Positions 8,884-18,916 of a stretch of DNA of 64,000 nucleotides are shown one piece after another. The position numbers and the translations under genes are program-made. The stretch comes from Armatimonadota bacterium (lineage in GTDB: Bacteria; Armatimonadota; UBA10988). Under the pieces are notes generated by a model. It saw only the letters and a program-made list of their open reading frames with translations. It had not been told where the DNA came from and searched no databases. Where the stretch lies: contig JACRKZ010000129.1 of NCBI GenBank assembly GCA_016235455.1, positions 1 to 64,000 of the forward strand, read 5' to 3'. Each line of letters starts with the position of its first letter. Position 1 is the first letter of the stretch.

Positions 8884-10278
8884 TCACTTCCTGGCCGCGC
8901 CGGGCACCAGCACCTGCACTTCCCTCGGCACCGCCGCGTTGCCGGCACGGTCGGCGGCGCGCACCACGAGACGGTAGATGCGGCCGTCCTTGTCCTTGCC
9001 GTCGCGCTTGGCCCGCAGCCCGACCGAGACGCTGAACGAGCCGTCGGTCGCCAGGTTGCCGGTGATGTCGGTCTGCCGGTTCAGTTCGCCATACTCGTCG
9101 ACGACTTCCAGACTGGCGCTGGCCACTCTGCCACCAACATCGGTGATGCGGCCGCTGAGCGCCACCTGCACCATCTTGCCGTTGGCCGGCAGCAGGACGG
9201 CCGGCTCAGGCGAGCCGAGCTCGATGGTGGGTGGTGTGATGTCAGGCGGGAGGGTCAGGCGCCAGCCCTTCAGTTGGTAGCTGATGTAGGTACCAACGAT
9301 GGTGCGACCATCGTCCGAGACGGCTTTGGCATTGTCGATATACGGACTGGTCACCCCGTACTCGGTCAGCAGATACTCTTCGATGGACCGACAGGCGCCG
9401 CCGTCGACCCACAGTGTCGCGTGGCTGAAGTTGTCGAGATTGCCGTTACCGACGATGACCCGGCCGTCCGCGGAGGCATCGCTGGCCTGGCTGACCTCTG
9501 AGCCACCGGGCAGATCGCCCAGCAGCACGCCCGGCCCACTGCCCCGCCAGGAGGTGGCCACGAACGTCGGCGGGCCGCCGGACATCCCGACGACCAGCGA
9601 GCCGTCGGCCGACAGGCCAACGCCGTAGCTGCCGACGTAGGCCGGCGACGGGCTGTCCAGCACCTGCAGGCCGTCGGCGGCCGTCCAGCGGAAGGCGTGT
9701 CTGGTGCCGCCAACGTTCACCTGTCCCGAGACGACCGTGCCGTCCGCCGAGACACCAAGCGCCTGGCCGCTGTAGCCCGTGAGGCGCACGATCTCGGCAC
9801 CTTCACGCCACAGTGCCGGTATGGTGCCGTTGGCCTCGCCCACGATGACGCGGCCATCCGCCGACACCGCCCAGGCCGCCTGCATGTACGGGATCGAGCG
9901 CATGCCCGTCGCGCTGTCCCACACAAAGGCCTCGAAGCCGCTTGCCGCCGTGGCGCGTCGCCTGCCGACGACGAGGCCCCCGTCAGTCACATCGTAGGCG
10001 TAGCTGTCGCCGTCGGGATTGGTGGCCAGGTCAAGCACCAGCGCGGTGTCGCCGGACCACAGGGTGGCGTGGTTGCGCCCCCCGAACTCGGAAAGGCCAA
10101 CGATCAGCGTGCCGTTGGGCGAGACGCCCTCCGCCGACGACGACGCAGCCCCGGTCGGCATGGGCAGCGCCTCGGGCACGGACGATAGGGCCAGGGCGCC
10201 CGACCCGGCCAGCACCACGACCAGCAACCCGCCGACCAGCCGCGCGGCACCGCGCGGACGAATCTGTTGGGAATCCAT
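8884..10278 (-). CDS. Secreted HAF-repeat (beta-propeller) protein with C-terminal Ig-like domain
   Basis: Signal-like N-terminus; repeated S-A-x-x-VSADG-x-V-I-V-G units with HAF/EAF/HAT motifs; C-terminal VLLPANGKMV...LRAKRDG...GRIY...DRAGN. Confidence 0.8.
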   Translation of the reverse strand: MDSQQIRPRGAARLVGGLLVVVLAGSGALALSSVPEALPMPTGAASSSAEGVSPNGTLIVGLSEFGGRNHATLWSGDTALVLDLATNPDGDSYAYDVTDGGLVVGRRRATAASGFEAFVWDSATGMRSIPYMQAAWAVSADGRVIVGEANGTIPALWREGAEIVRLTGYSGQALGVSADGTVVSGQVNVGGTRHAFRWTAADGLQVLDSPSPAYVGSYGVGLSADGSLVVGMSGGPPTFVATSWRGSGPGVLLGDLPGGSEVSQASDASADGRVIVGNGNLDNFSHATLWVDGGACRSIEEYLLTEYGVTSPYIDNAKAVSDDGRTIVGTYISYQLKGWRLTLPPDITPPTIELGSPEPAVLLPANGKMVQVALSGRITDVGGRVASASLEVVDEYGELNRQTDITGNLATDGSFSVSVGLRAKRDGKDKDGRIYRLVVRAADRAGNAAVPREVQVLVPGAARK

Positions 10279-10451
10279 GGTGTGCTCCTCGTGCCATCAC
10301 GGAGACGTCGCCCGCCAGCACACAGCCCGGCGCAACGCTGGCGTCAACGTGGGCACGCACAGTTCCCAGTGTGATACAAGTAGCGCCGGTTTTCTAGCAT
10401 TCCGGGCCGCGGCGATTGCCCGCCGCCGCCAGACTGTGGCATGATCGGCCC

Positions 10452-13430
10452 ATGAACGCCATCCTCTGGCTGCTGCTCTCCCTCGGCGCGCCCAGCGAGG
10501 TACTCATCGCCGGTCGCGACGGGCAGGTGTTCGACGCCGCGACGCACAACATCGTCGAGGTCGCCGGCCGCGCTGACTATGCCACGCTGCCGCTGACGGT
10601 CACGTGTTGGGCCCGGCTGGGCAGCGCCGATGCCTACAACATCCTTATCGCCAATGGCGACAAAAGCTCGCCCTGCCATTGGGAGGTGTTCACCATGCCG
10701 GGCTCGGGGCTGGTCACGGCCTACCTGCCGGGCATGACGCCGGACCATGTGCCCGGCAGCGTGAGTCTGACCGACGGCGTCTGGCATCAGGTGACCTTCC
10801 ACCTGACCAGCACCAGCGCGCGGCTGGAAGTCGACGGCAAGCCGGCGGGCGAAGCTGCGCTGCAGCCCAAGGCCGCGGCCTGGGAACCACTGGTCGCCGG
10901 GCCGCTGTGGTTCGGCGGCTATCCGCCGGGCGGACTGTGGTTCGCCGGCCAACTCGACGATATCGCGCTGACCCAGGGCGAGCGGCCCATCGGCCGTTGG
11001 CAGTTCGAAGACGCCGACGACAGCCGGATGCGCGACGAGTCGCCGCTGGCCAATGCCGGCCGCCTGCGCGGCGATGACACTCTGCAGCCCGACGCGGCCA
11101 ACTACCCCTTCGGCCTCGGCGGCGCGCCGCCCAGCCCGGCCGAATGGGGTCCGCGCTGCTTCGGCAAGGGCACGACCAGCGTGGCGCAGGACTGGGACGA
11201 CCAGTGGACGCTGCTGGCCGACCAGATCAGCCGCCGGCCGCGGTTGCGACCCGAGGTCATCGCGCAGGTGCTCGATCCCGAGGCGCTGATCGCGGTCGGC
11301 GACCGGGATCCGCTGGACGTGGTGCTCCGACGGACGCGCGCGCTGCTGACGAAGTTGCGCGCGCCGCAGGCCGCCGAGCTGACCGCACTGACCGCGGCGG
11401 CCGGGCAGCCGGGCGCCGACCGCCGCGCGCTGTACACCAAGGTCTGCGCCCTGCGGCGCGCGGTCGCCTTGTCCAACCCGCTGCTGGGGGACAGCGAAGT
11501 GCTGTTCTGTGCGCGCGGCGTCTACTGGGGCCACGACCAGGCCGGGCAGCATCAATCGACGCAGTATTTCGCCTTCAACGCCATCCCCGGCGGCGGCCTC
11601 TTCGCCGCGCGGATCGGCTACGACAAGCCGGTGGTCCGCGATCTGCTGGCCGGCCGTGGGCTCGGGCCGGGCGCCTTCGCCACGCCGGACCTGGACTACG
11701 ACGGCCGGCGACTGGTTTTTGCCTACACGCAGAACCGGCGTCACCGCTGGCAGTACACGCCCGAGAGCACCTGGCATCTGGCCACGCTCGATCTGGCCGG
11801 TGGCCCGGCCAAGGTCATCACCGCCGGCGCCTACAACGATTTCGACCCGTGCTGGCTGCCCAACGGCAAGCTGGCCTTCATCTCCGAGCGGCGCGGCGGC
11901 TACATCCGCTGCTTCGTGGGGCTCGACGTGCGCACCTATGTGCTGCACGAGGTCAACGCCGACGGCTCGGGCCTGGGGCCGCTGAGCTACTTCGAGACCA
12001 GCGAATGGAACCCCAGCGTCAATCACGACGGGCAGATCGTCTACTCGCGCTGGGACTATGTCGACCGCGAGGACTGCCTGGGCTCGCTGTTCTGGCAGTG
12101 CTATCCCGACGGCCGCGACCCGCGCGCACCACACGGCAACTACCCTTGGCCGTACCACACCTTCGCCGACAACAAGGCGACCGACACGCGCCGGCTGCGG
12201 CCCATGACCGAACTGGGCATCCGTGCCATCCCCGCCTCGCGCCGTTATCTGCTGACCGCCGCGCCACACCATGGCGAGGCCTATGGCAGCCTCTGCCAGC
12301 TCGACCTGGGCGTGCCCGACGACGGCGCCATGTCGCAGTTGCGCCGGGTCACGCCGTACGCCGATTTCCCGGAAACCGAGACGCCGGGCCGCCGCTTCGA
12401 CACACAGAAGTACGGCACGGCCTGGCCGCTGAGCGAGGACTTCTACCTGACCAACTACCACGAGAACCTGTACCTGCTGGACCGCTGGGGCAACCACGAA
12501 CTGCTCGTGGCGCGCGCCGATCTGCCGGTGCCTACCGACGGCCGCTGGCGACTGACCGAGCCCATCCCGCTGCGCGCGCGAACGCGACCACCCATCCTGC
12601 CCGACCAGCGCCGGCCGGGCCAGCCAGCGACCGTGCGCGTGGCCAACGTCTACGATAGCGACCTGGCCTTCCCGCCGGGCACGCGCATCAAGTGGCTGCG
12701 CGTGGTGCAGGACATCCTCAAGGACAACCCGGTGATGGACCAGCCGCGCATCGGCTATGGCGACGAGAACACACCACGCGTACCGTTGGGCATCGCCGCG
12801 GTCGATGACGACGGCAGCGTGGCCTTCGAGGCGCCGGCTGGGAAGGAACTCATCTTCCAGGCGCTGGACGAGCACTACATGGCCGTGCAGTCCATGCGCT
12901 CGGTGGCCTACTTGCAGCCGGGCGAGGAGCTGACCTGCGCCGGCTGCCACGAGTCCAAGCAGCGCACGCCCAAGGCCACCATGCGCCCCACCGCCTTCGC
13001 GCGGCCAGCGTCCAAGCTGCAGACCGAGCCTGGCGGCGGTGTGCCGACCACCTACCATCGGCTGGTCCGACCGATCTTCGAGCAGCGCTGCGTGCCGTGC
13101 CATCGCGAGAAGGCCAAAGGCCCGACGGACATGAGCTATGCCGCGCTGCGCGACCAGGCCTTCCACTTCGCCGGCGGGTTCTTGGGCAACTTCACCCGGC
13201 CCGTGGTCGGCGGCTCCCGCACCATTCCCGGCCGCTATGGCGCGCGGGCCTCGAAGCTCGGGCAGGCGCTCCTCGATGCCAACCACCGCGGCGTGGTCAG
13301 CGAGGACGACGCGCGGCGGATCATCCTGTGGCTCGACTGCAACTCCCCGCAGTACGGCGCGTTCCACGACGTTGCGGCACAGGAGCGGGGCGAGGTGGTG
13401 TGGCCGAAGCTGGACTGCCCTGGCGGCTAA
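10452..13430 (+). CDS. Secreted LamG + hydrazine synthase alpha-like beta-propeller protein with two CxxCH heme motifs
   Basis: Signal peptide; LamG-like N-terminus (DGVWHQV...FAGQLDDI); YNDFDPCWLPNG, YSRWDYVDR, HHGEAYGSL, VQSMRS, CAGCH, CVPCH. Confidence 0.85.
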   Translation: MNAILWLLLSLGAPSEVLIAGRDGQVFDAATHNIVEVAGRADYATLPLTVTCWARLGSADAYNILIANGDKSSPCHWEVFTMPGSGLVTAYLPGMTPDHVPGSVSLTDGVWHQVTFHLTSTSARLEVDGKPAGEAALQPKAAAWEPLVAGPLWFGGYPPGGLWFAGQLDDIALTQGERPIGRWQFEDADDSRMRDESPLANAGRLRGDDTLQPDAANYPFGLGGAPPSPAEWGPRCFGKGTTSVAQDWDDQWTLLADQISRRPRLRPEVIAQVLDPEALIAVGDRDPLDVVLRRTRALLTKLRAPQAAELTALTAAAGQPGADRRALYTKVCALRRAVALSNPLLGDSEVLFCARGVYWGHDQAGQHQSTQYFAFNAIPGGGLFAARIGYDKPVVRDLLAGRGLGPGAFATPDLDYDGRRLVFAYTQNRRHRWQYTPESTWHLATLDLAGGPAKVITAGAYNDFDPCWLPNGKLAFISERRGGYIRCFVGLDVRTYVLHEVNADGSGLGPLSYFETSEWNPSVNHDGQIVYSRWDYVDREDCLGSLFWQCYPDGRDPRAPHGNYPWPYHTFADNKATDTRRLRPMTELGIRAIPASRRYLLTAAPHHGEAYGSLCQLDLGVPDDGAMSQLRRVTPYADFPETETPGRRFDTQKYGTAWPLSEDFYLTNYHENLYLLDRWGNHELLVARADLPVPTDGRWRLTEPIPLRARTRPPILPDQRRPGQPATVRVANVYDSDLAFPPGTRIKWLRVVQDILKDNPVMDQPRIGYGDENTPRVPLGIAAVDDDGSVAFEAPAGKELIFQALDEHYMAVQSMRSVAYLQPGEELTCAGCHESKQRTPKATMRPTAFARPASKLQTEPGGGVPTTYHRLVRPIFEQRCVPCHREKAKGPTDMSYAALRDQAFHFAGGFLGNFTRPVVGGSRTIPGRYGARASKLGQALLDANHRGVVSEDDARRIILWLDCNSPQYGAFHDVAAQERGEVVWPKLDCPGG

Positions 13431-13478
13431 GCATGCGCGGTCTGCTGTTGGCGAGCGGCATCGGCCGGTTGCGCCGCT

Positions 13479-16184
13479 TCACTGAATCGGCTTGCGCGCC
13501 GTGATTCCCCAGCGGTCGGCGAACCGGTGGGCGACCAGCAACTCACGCGGCGTCACGCGAAATACATAGCACTCGCCTACGCCGGGGTCGCGTTGGCTTG
13601 ACCCGACATTGTAGACGTCCAGCCCGCGCCACTTGTAGTTGACCGCGGCGTGCGTGTGTCCATGGACCAGAGCGATGACGTTGTAGTCCCGGATGGCCTG
13701 GTAGAAGGCCTCTCGCTCCGCCTCGGACCACCAGCCCCAACTGGTGCTGAAGTCGTCCCAGCCCAGATGCAGGAAGATGATCACGGGTCGGCCGCTGGTG
13801 CCAACATGCCGGGCCAGGTCCTCCCGCAGGAAGGTCAGACTGCCGTGCGGCTCGTGGGCCTCGCTGTCCATGTGTCCCTGGCGGTCGCGCTGGTCGCCGG
13901 GGTACAGACTGGTCTGCACCAGGTGCACCCGGTCCCAGTCCCACGAGTAATGCAGGCCGTTGGCCGACATCGCGGTCAGCCCGGCGCGCTGCTTGTTGCG
14001 GGCGATGATGCCGGGGCAGACCGCAGCATTCATCCCGCCGTCATGGTTGCCGCGGCCTTCGAAGACCGGGTAGACCAGGCGGCCCTCGCCGTTCAGCCCG
14101 AAGTCAGCGCCGAACTCGGCCCACTGCTCGGCCGTGCCAGAGTCGGTCAGATCGCCCGTGACCACCACGCCGCGCGGCGTGAGGACGACTCCTTCGCCCA
14201 GCGCCGGCGGCAGCAGGACGCCGGGCAACTGGTTCATGAAGTCGATCGTGCCACGGTTGGCCGCAGCCACGGTGTCGGTCACGCCGTAGTGCGAGTCGCT
14301 GCAAACGTAGAAGGTGACATCGTCCTTGACGAGCGGGTCGGCCGTGCGGAAGGTCCACATGTCGCCCCGCACCGGGGGCAAGTCGCCGTTGATCTGCTCG
14401 ACCCGCCAGTAGTAGGCCCGGCCCGGCGCCAGGGCGCCCGGTGGCCGAGCTTCGCCCGCGCCGGCGGCCAGGTCAAGGGGGGCGACCGTGCCGGCCTCGA
14501 CCGCGCCTCGGTCATCGCCCAGGTACAGTTTCTGCGCGGTGGCGAACGGGCCGGGCGTCCAGTGCAGGGCTGGCAGCATAGCGCTCACGCCGGCAACGCG
14601 ATGGCGCGGCTGCGGGCCGCTCGCCGCGCCGGTCGGAGCCCGGAACGTCCAGACCGGGCCGCGCTGCGCGACCCGACCATCGGCGCCGAGCTGGTCGACG
14701 CGCCAGGCGTAGGCGCCGCCCAACCGCAGGTCGACCGGTCCCCACTGCGTCTCGCCCGCGCCGCGCCGGCCCAGCCAGGCGGGACCGCCGCGGTCCGCCG
14801 CGGACACGGTGGCCAAGTCGGCGTCGAGGTAGACGTCGTAGCCCCCAACATCGGGGGATCCAGCCAGCCAGGCCAGCGTCGGGTGCAGGCTGTCGACCGC
14901 GGCCGCAACCGCCGGCTGGGGACCGAACGCCTCGAACCGGCCGGCGTCGTTACGCAGCGCGAGTTGATCACGGACTCCTGCCCAGACGCGCAGTCGGCTC
15001 ACTGCCCCGTGGAATCCGCGCTGCCGATCGGCGCCCGCGCCGAGGCGCAGCCCGGTGCCAGGCCTCAGATCGGCTTTCCTATCGGCCTGCAGGTCACCGT
15101 CGAGGTAGACCCGCACTCGGCCCGGGCCGACGACCCAGGCGAGCTGTTGCCAGCGCTTGGGCGCGACTCTCACCAGCGGCAGAAGGCGGCTTGGCGTGCG
15201 GCCGTCGCTGTGCGCCAGCTCGGGCGCGTCAGGCCGGTCGCCCAACGCCAGCAACGGCTCGGCACCGGAGACCGGCTCGGCCAGGTAGACGTCAGCCTGA
15301 ACCGTGAACGATGTCGGCCAGGTCAGCGGCGTCGTCAGCGACTGTTTGCCGGCGAAGACCACCGCTTGGCGCTCGGCGATCCTGTCGACGCGTGGCGCGG
15401 TAGACTCCCGCGCGAAGGCGCCACCCGCGGCGCCGCGGTTGGGCCATACGGCCAGCCGTCCCTCGGACAGTGCCGCGGCGGACAGGTCAACCAGCGCGCC
15501 AGGCACGACCTCGCCGGCGGCCAAGGCGCCCATGTCGGCGGCGCCCAGCGCGCGATCGTAAAGCAGCACGGCGGCCAACGAGCCGGAGAACCAGCGGCCG
15601 TAGTCGGCGGTGGCCAGGTAGATGCGATCGCTTGTGAACAGATTGAGCGACTTCCGCGCTTGCGTGTCGGCACGCCCGTCGATCCACACGGTCTCGGTCC
15701 CGTCCGGGCCACCCGTGTAGGTCACTGCGACGAGATGCCACTGTCCCTTGGCTGGGACAGTGCCGAAGCCCATGTCGGCTTCACCCCAGTGACAGGCCGC
15801 GCCGTAGCTCTTCGAGGTGCCGTAGTTGAGCTGTCCGCAGCGGCTGGCGACGCCGCGGTGGGCCCAGCAGAGCAGGCACTCCTCCGGGCCGATCTCGGGA
15901 TTGAAGGCCCAGGCGGCGACGGTGAAGGCGTGCGCGCCGGCCATCGTCGCCGGTGCGGCGAAGTCCGAGACAAGGTAGTCGGCCCGGCCGTCGAAGGTCA
16001 CGGCGCGTCGGCCCGCGACCGTGGCCACGACCGCGCCGCCGAGTTCGCTCGACGTCGCGCCGGCCCAGGTCGGCAGGGGGCCGGCGGGCAGGCGGCCGGC
16101 GTCGAGGTCGAGCAAGAGCTGGGGCTCCGCCCAGGCGGGCAGGGCCAGCATCAGGACCGCGGCAAGGCGCCAGCGCGTGTGCAT
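13479..16184 (-). CDS. Secreted LamG/Ig-like domain protein with C-terminal calcineurin-like metallophosphoesterase
   Basis: Signal peptide (start 16184); two LamG-like regions; repeated Y.WRV(D/E)Q...G..WTF.T/A modules; motifs DSHYG, GDLTD, GNHD, HGHTH. Confidence 0.85.
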   Translation of the reverse strand: MHTRWRLAAVLMLALPAWAEPQLLLDLDAGRLPAGPLPTWAGATSSELGGAVVATVAGRRAVTFDGRADYLVSDFAAPATMAGAHAFTVAAWAFNPEIGPEECLLCWAHRGVASRCGQLNYGTSKSYGAACHWGEADMGFGTVPAKGQWHLVAVTYTGGPDGTETVWIDGRADTQARKSLNLFTSDRIYLATADYGRWFSGSLAAVLLYDRALGAADMGALAAGEVVPGALVDLSAAALSEGRLAVWPNRGAAGGAFARESTAPRVDRIAERQAVVFAGKQSLTTPLTWPTSFTVQADVYLAEPVSGAEPLLALGDRPDAPELAHSDGRTPSRLLPLVRVAPKRWQQLAWVVGPGRVRVYLDGDLQADRKADLRPGTGLRLGAGADRQRGFHGAVSRLRVWAGVRDQLALRNDAGRFEAFGPQPAVAAAVDSLHPTLAWLAGSPDVGGYDVYLDADLATVSAADRGGPAWLGRRGAGETQWGPVDLRLGGAYAWRVDQLGADGRVAQRGPVWTFRAPTGAASGPQPRHRVAGVSAMLPALHWTPGPFATAQKLYLGDDRGAVEAGTVAPLDLAAGAGEARPPGALAPGRAYYWRVEQINGDLPPVRGDMWTFRTADPLVKDDVTFYVCSDSHYGVTDTVAAANRGTIDFMNQLPGVLLPPALGEGVVLTPRGVVVTGDLTDSGTAEQWAEFGADFGLNGEGRLVYPVFEGRGNHDGGMNAAVCPGIIARNKQRAGLTAMSANGLHYSWDWDRVHLVQTSLYPGDQRDRQGHMDSEAHEPHGSLTFLREDLARHVGTSGRPVIIFLHLGWDDFSTSWGWWSEAEREAFYQAIRDYNVIALVHGHTHAAVNYKWRGLDVYNVGSSQRDPGVGECYVFRVTPRELLVAHRFADRWGITARKPIQ

Positions 16185-16396
16185 CGAGTCACTCCGCCCC
16201 AACTATCGCCCCTGGCCGCGCTCGGCGGCTTGACCTATCAGTCTGACGACTTGCACGGTAGCATCACATGGGCCGGTGGTCGCGGGCGCGACACGATCCC
16301 CGTCGCCCTGGACTGCCGGGCCTACCCGGTTCGGGCAGGACACGGTACACTGTCGGCCAATCGAGCCGCACAACACCAGAGCTGACGAGGGACGAC

Positions 16397-17884
16397 ATGG
16401 CTGCGACGAAGGACTTCCTGGCATTCGACCTGGGCGCCGAGAGCGGGCGCGGGATTCTCGGCCGCTTCGACGGTGAGAAGATCGCGCTGGAAGTGGTCCA
16501 CCGCTTCCCCAACACACCTGTGCGCCTGGCCGGCACACTGCATTGGGACACGCCGCGTCAGTTCGGCGAGTTGCTGACGGCGCTGCAGCTCTGCGCGCGC
16601 GACTACAGCCGCGACCTGGCCGGCATCGGCGTCGACACCTGGGGTGTCGACTTCGGCCTGCTGGGCGCCGATGGCGCACTGGTCGGGCTGCCCGTGCACT
16701 ACCGCGACTCGCGCACCGACGGCATGCTGGACAAGGCGTTTGGCCTCGTCGGCCGGGAACGGATCTTCGAGCGCACCGGCATCCAGTTCATGCAGCTCAA
16801 CACGCTGTACCAACTGCTGGCCATGAAAACCGCCGGCGCCCCGCAGTTGCAGATCGCCAGGAAGCTGCTGTTCACGCCCGACCTTTTCAACTACTGGTTC
16901 ACGGGCCGGCAGGTGTCCGAGGTCAGCATCGCCAGCACCAGCCAGTTCTGGGACCCGCGTGCCGGCGCCTGGGCCACCGACCTGCTGGAAGCGCTCGACC
17001 TGCCCACCGATCTGCTGCCCGAGGTCGTGCCGCCGGGCACGGTGGTGGGCGAGTTGCTGGCCGAGCTGGCCGAGGAGGCCGGCGTGGGCCGCATTCCGGT
17101 CATCTCGCCCGGCAGCCACGACACGGCGTCGGCGGTGGCCGCCGTGCCGGCCATCGGCGCCGACCATGCGTACATCAGCTCAGGCACCTGGTCGCTGATG
17201 GGCATCGAGTCCAAGGTGCCGCTGATCAATGCGCAGACGCTGGCGCTCAACTTCACCAACGAGGGCGGCGTATGCGACACCATCCGCTTCCTCAAGAACA
17301 TCATGGGTCTCTGGCTGGTGCAGCAGACGCGCCGCGCCTATGAGCGCGCCGGCCAGAGCTACGACTACGCCACGCTGACCCAGATGGCCGCCGAGGCGCC
17401 CGCCTTCGCCGCCATCATCGACCCCGACGACTCGCGCTTCCTCAACCCGACATCGATGACCGAGGCCATCGCCGACTACTGCCAGGCCACCGGTCAGGCC
17501 GTGCCCGAAGGCCCCGGTGGCATGGTCCGCGCCTGCCTCGAGGGTCTGGCGCTCAAGTACCGTTGGGTGACCGAGAAGCTGGAGTCCATTCGCGGCGCGC
17601 GCATCGCGAGCATCAACATGGTCGGCGGCGGCACGCAGAACAAGCTGCTCTGTCAGCTCAGCGCCGACTGCTGCGGCCGGCCGGTGGTGGCCGGCCCCAT
17701 CGAGGCCACGGCCACGGGCAACCTGCTCATGCAGGCGCTGGCGGTGGGCGAGATTGGCTCGCTCGAACAACTGCGCGAGGTGGTGCGCGCCTCGTTCGAC
17801 CTGATCACCTACGAACCGTGCTCGGCCAACCGAACGGCGTGGGACGATGCCTATGCCAAGTTCGCCGGCCTGCTCGGCGGTTAA
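16397..17884 (+). CDS. rhaB: Rhamnulokinase (FGGY family)
   Basis: FDLGAESGR, GVDTWGVDFGLL, HYRDSRT, TGIQFMQLNTLYQL, SHDTASAV, ISSGTWSLMG, NFTNEGG, FLKNIMGLW, GPIEATATGN. Confidence 0.9.
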   Translation: MAATKDFLAFDLGAESGRGILGRFDGEKIALEVVHRFPNTPVRLAGTLHWDTPRQFGELLTALQLCARDYSRDLAGIGVDTWGVDFGLLGADGALVGLPVHYRDSRTDGMLDKAFGLVGRERIFERTGIQFMQLNTLYQLLAMKTAGAPQLQIARKLLFTPDLFNYWFTGRQVSEVSIASTSQFWDPRAGAWATDLLEALDLPTDLLPEVVPPGTVVGELLAELAEEAGVGRIPVISPGSHDTASAVAAVPAIGADHAYISSGTWSLMGIESKVPLINAQTLALNFTNEGGVCDTIRFLKNIMGLWLVQQTRRAYERAGQSYDYATLTQMAAEAPAFAAIIDPDDSRFLNPTSMTEAIADYCQATGQAVPEGPGGMVRACLEGLALKYRWVTEKLESIRGARIASINMVGGGTQNKLLCQLSADCCGRPVVAGPIEATATGNLLMQALAVGEIGSLEQLREVVRASFDLITYEPCSANRTAWDDAYAKFAGLLGG

Positions 17885-17896
17885 GGAGCTTTCATC

Positions 17897-18829
17897 ATGC
17901 GCGACGACCACCGACGACGACCCACCGGCCAGCGGCCCACGGAACAGCGCAGCGCCAACAAGCCGCCCGCGCTGCGCGCCAAGGAGCCGGTCGAGGACAA
18001 GGTCATCGAGGCGCAGGCCTTCCTGCTGCGCAACCACAGCGGCAAGCTGCGCGGCTCGTTTGCGCTGGACGACATGGATCAGCCGTCGCTGGCCATGTAC
18101 GACGAAGATGAGAACCCGCGCCTGGGCATGATGGTGCAGGACGACGGCACGGCGACCATCGACCTGATGGACGAGAACGCCAACTCGGCCGTGGGGCTGC
18201 TGGTCAGTAGCGAGGGCCGCGGCATGGTGATCAGCACCGGCGAGGACACACCGCAGGTCTTCCTGGGCCTCAATGAGGGCGAGCCGGCGCTGGAGATCTC
18301 GGACCGCGACGGCAACCCGCGCCTGCGGCTGGGACTGGGCGAGGGTCAGACGCACGTCGTCATCTATGATCCCGCGGGTCAGGTGCGCGCCGCCATGGTG
18401 CTGGAGGCCGAGGGCGAGGCCCAGATGGCCGTGCTGGACAACGAGAGCGTGCCGCGCGCCATGCTGACCCAGAACGACGACGGCCCATCGCTCCAACTGT
18501 GCGACGGCGAAGGCAACGTGCGCGTGTTCGTCTCGCTGGATGCCGAGGGCAATGACTCGACCATGATGCTGCTCGACGCCGAGGCGCGGCCGCGCGTGGC
18601 GCTGATGCAGAGCGCGGACTCCAACGGTCTCGAACTGATGGATGAGGACGGCGCCACCCGCGCACTGCTCATCGAGACCGGCGATGGTCAGGTGGGCGCG
18701 ACGCTCCACGCCGCGAATGAACGGCCGGTGGCGGGCGTCGTTGTCAACGCCGAGGGCGACGTGGCGGTAATGGACGGCGACGAAGACCTGGAAGACGACG
18801 CAGACGACGAGGACGATTCGTCGCTGTAA
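17897..18829 (+). CDS. Acidic hypothetical protein with about 11 tandem 21-24 aa beta-hairpin-like repeats
   Basis: Recurrent P/T-x-L-x-hydrophobic-x-D-x-x-G-x-x-R units; acidic tail; AAGGAG upstream; codon usage consistent with coding. Confidence 0.8.
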   Translation: MRDDHRRRPTGQRPTEQRSANKPPALRAKEPVEDKVIEAQAFLLRNHSGKLRGSFALDDMDQPSLAMYDEDENPRLGMMVQDDGTATIDLMDENANSAVGLLVSSEGRGMVISTGEDTPQVFLGLNEGEPALEISDRDGNPRLRLGLGEGQTHVVIYDPAGQVRAAMVLEAEGEAQMAVLDNESVPRAMLTQNDDGPSLQLCDGEGNVRVFVSLDAEGNDSTMMLLDAEARPRVALMQSADSNGLELMDEDGATRALLIETGDGQVGATLHAANERPVAGVVVNAEGDVAVMDGDEDLEDDADDEDDSSL

Positions 18830-18916
18830 CCCAGAACACTGGGCGCACCTCTGTCGTTGTAAGAGATGGGGGCGCTCGCACGTCGGGCGTCCTCTTGGTC
18901 GGGAGAACGACGCTCG

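Noticed and set aside
10344-13367. Very long antisense ORFs (also 13650..16385, 28783..30972, 48048..50993, 55555..57876)
   Set aside because: They are in-register shadows of recognisable genes on the opposite strand, expected at high GC, and have no motifs of their own.
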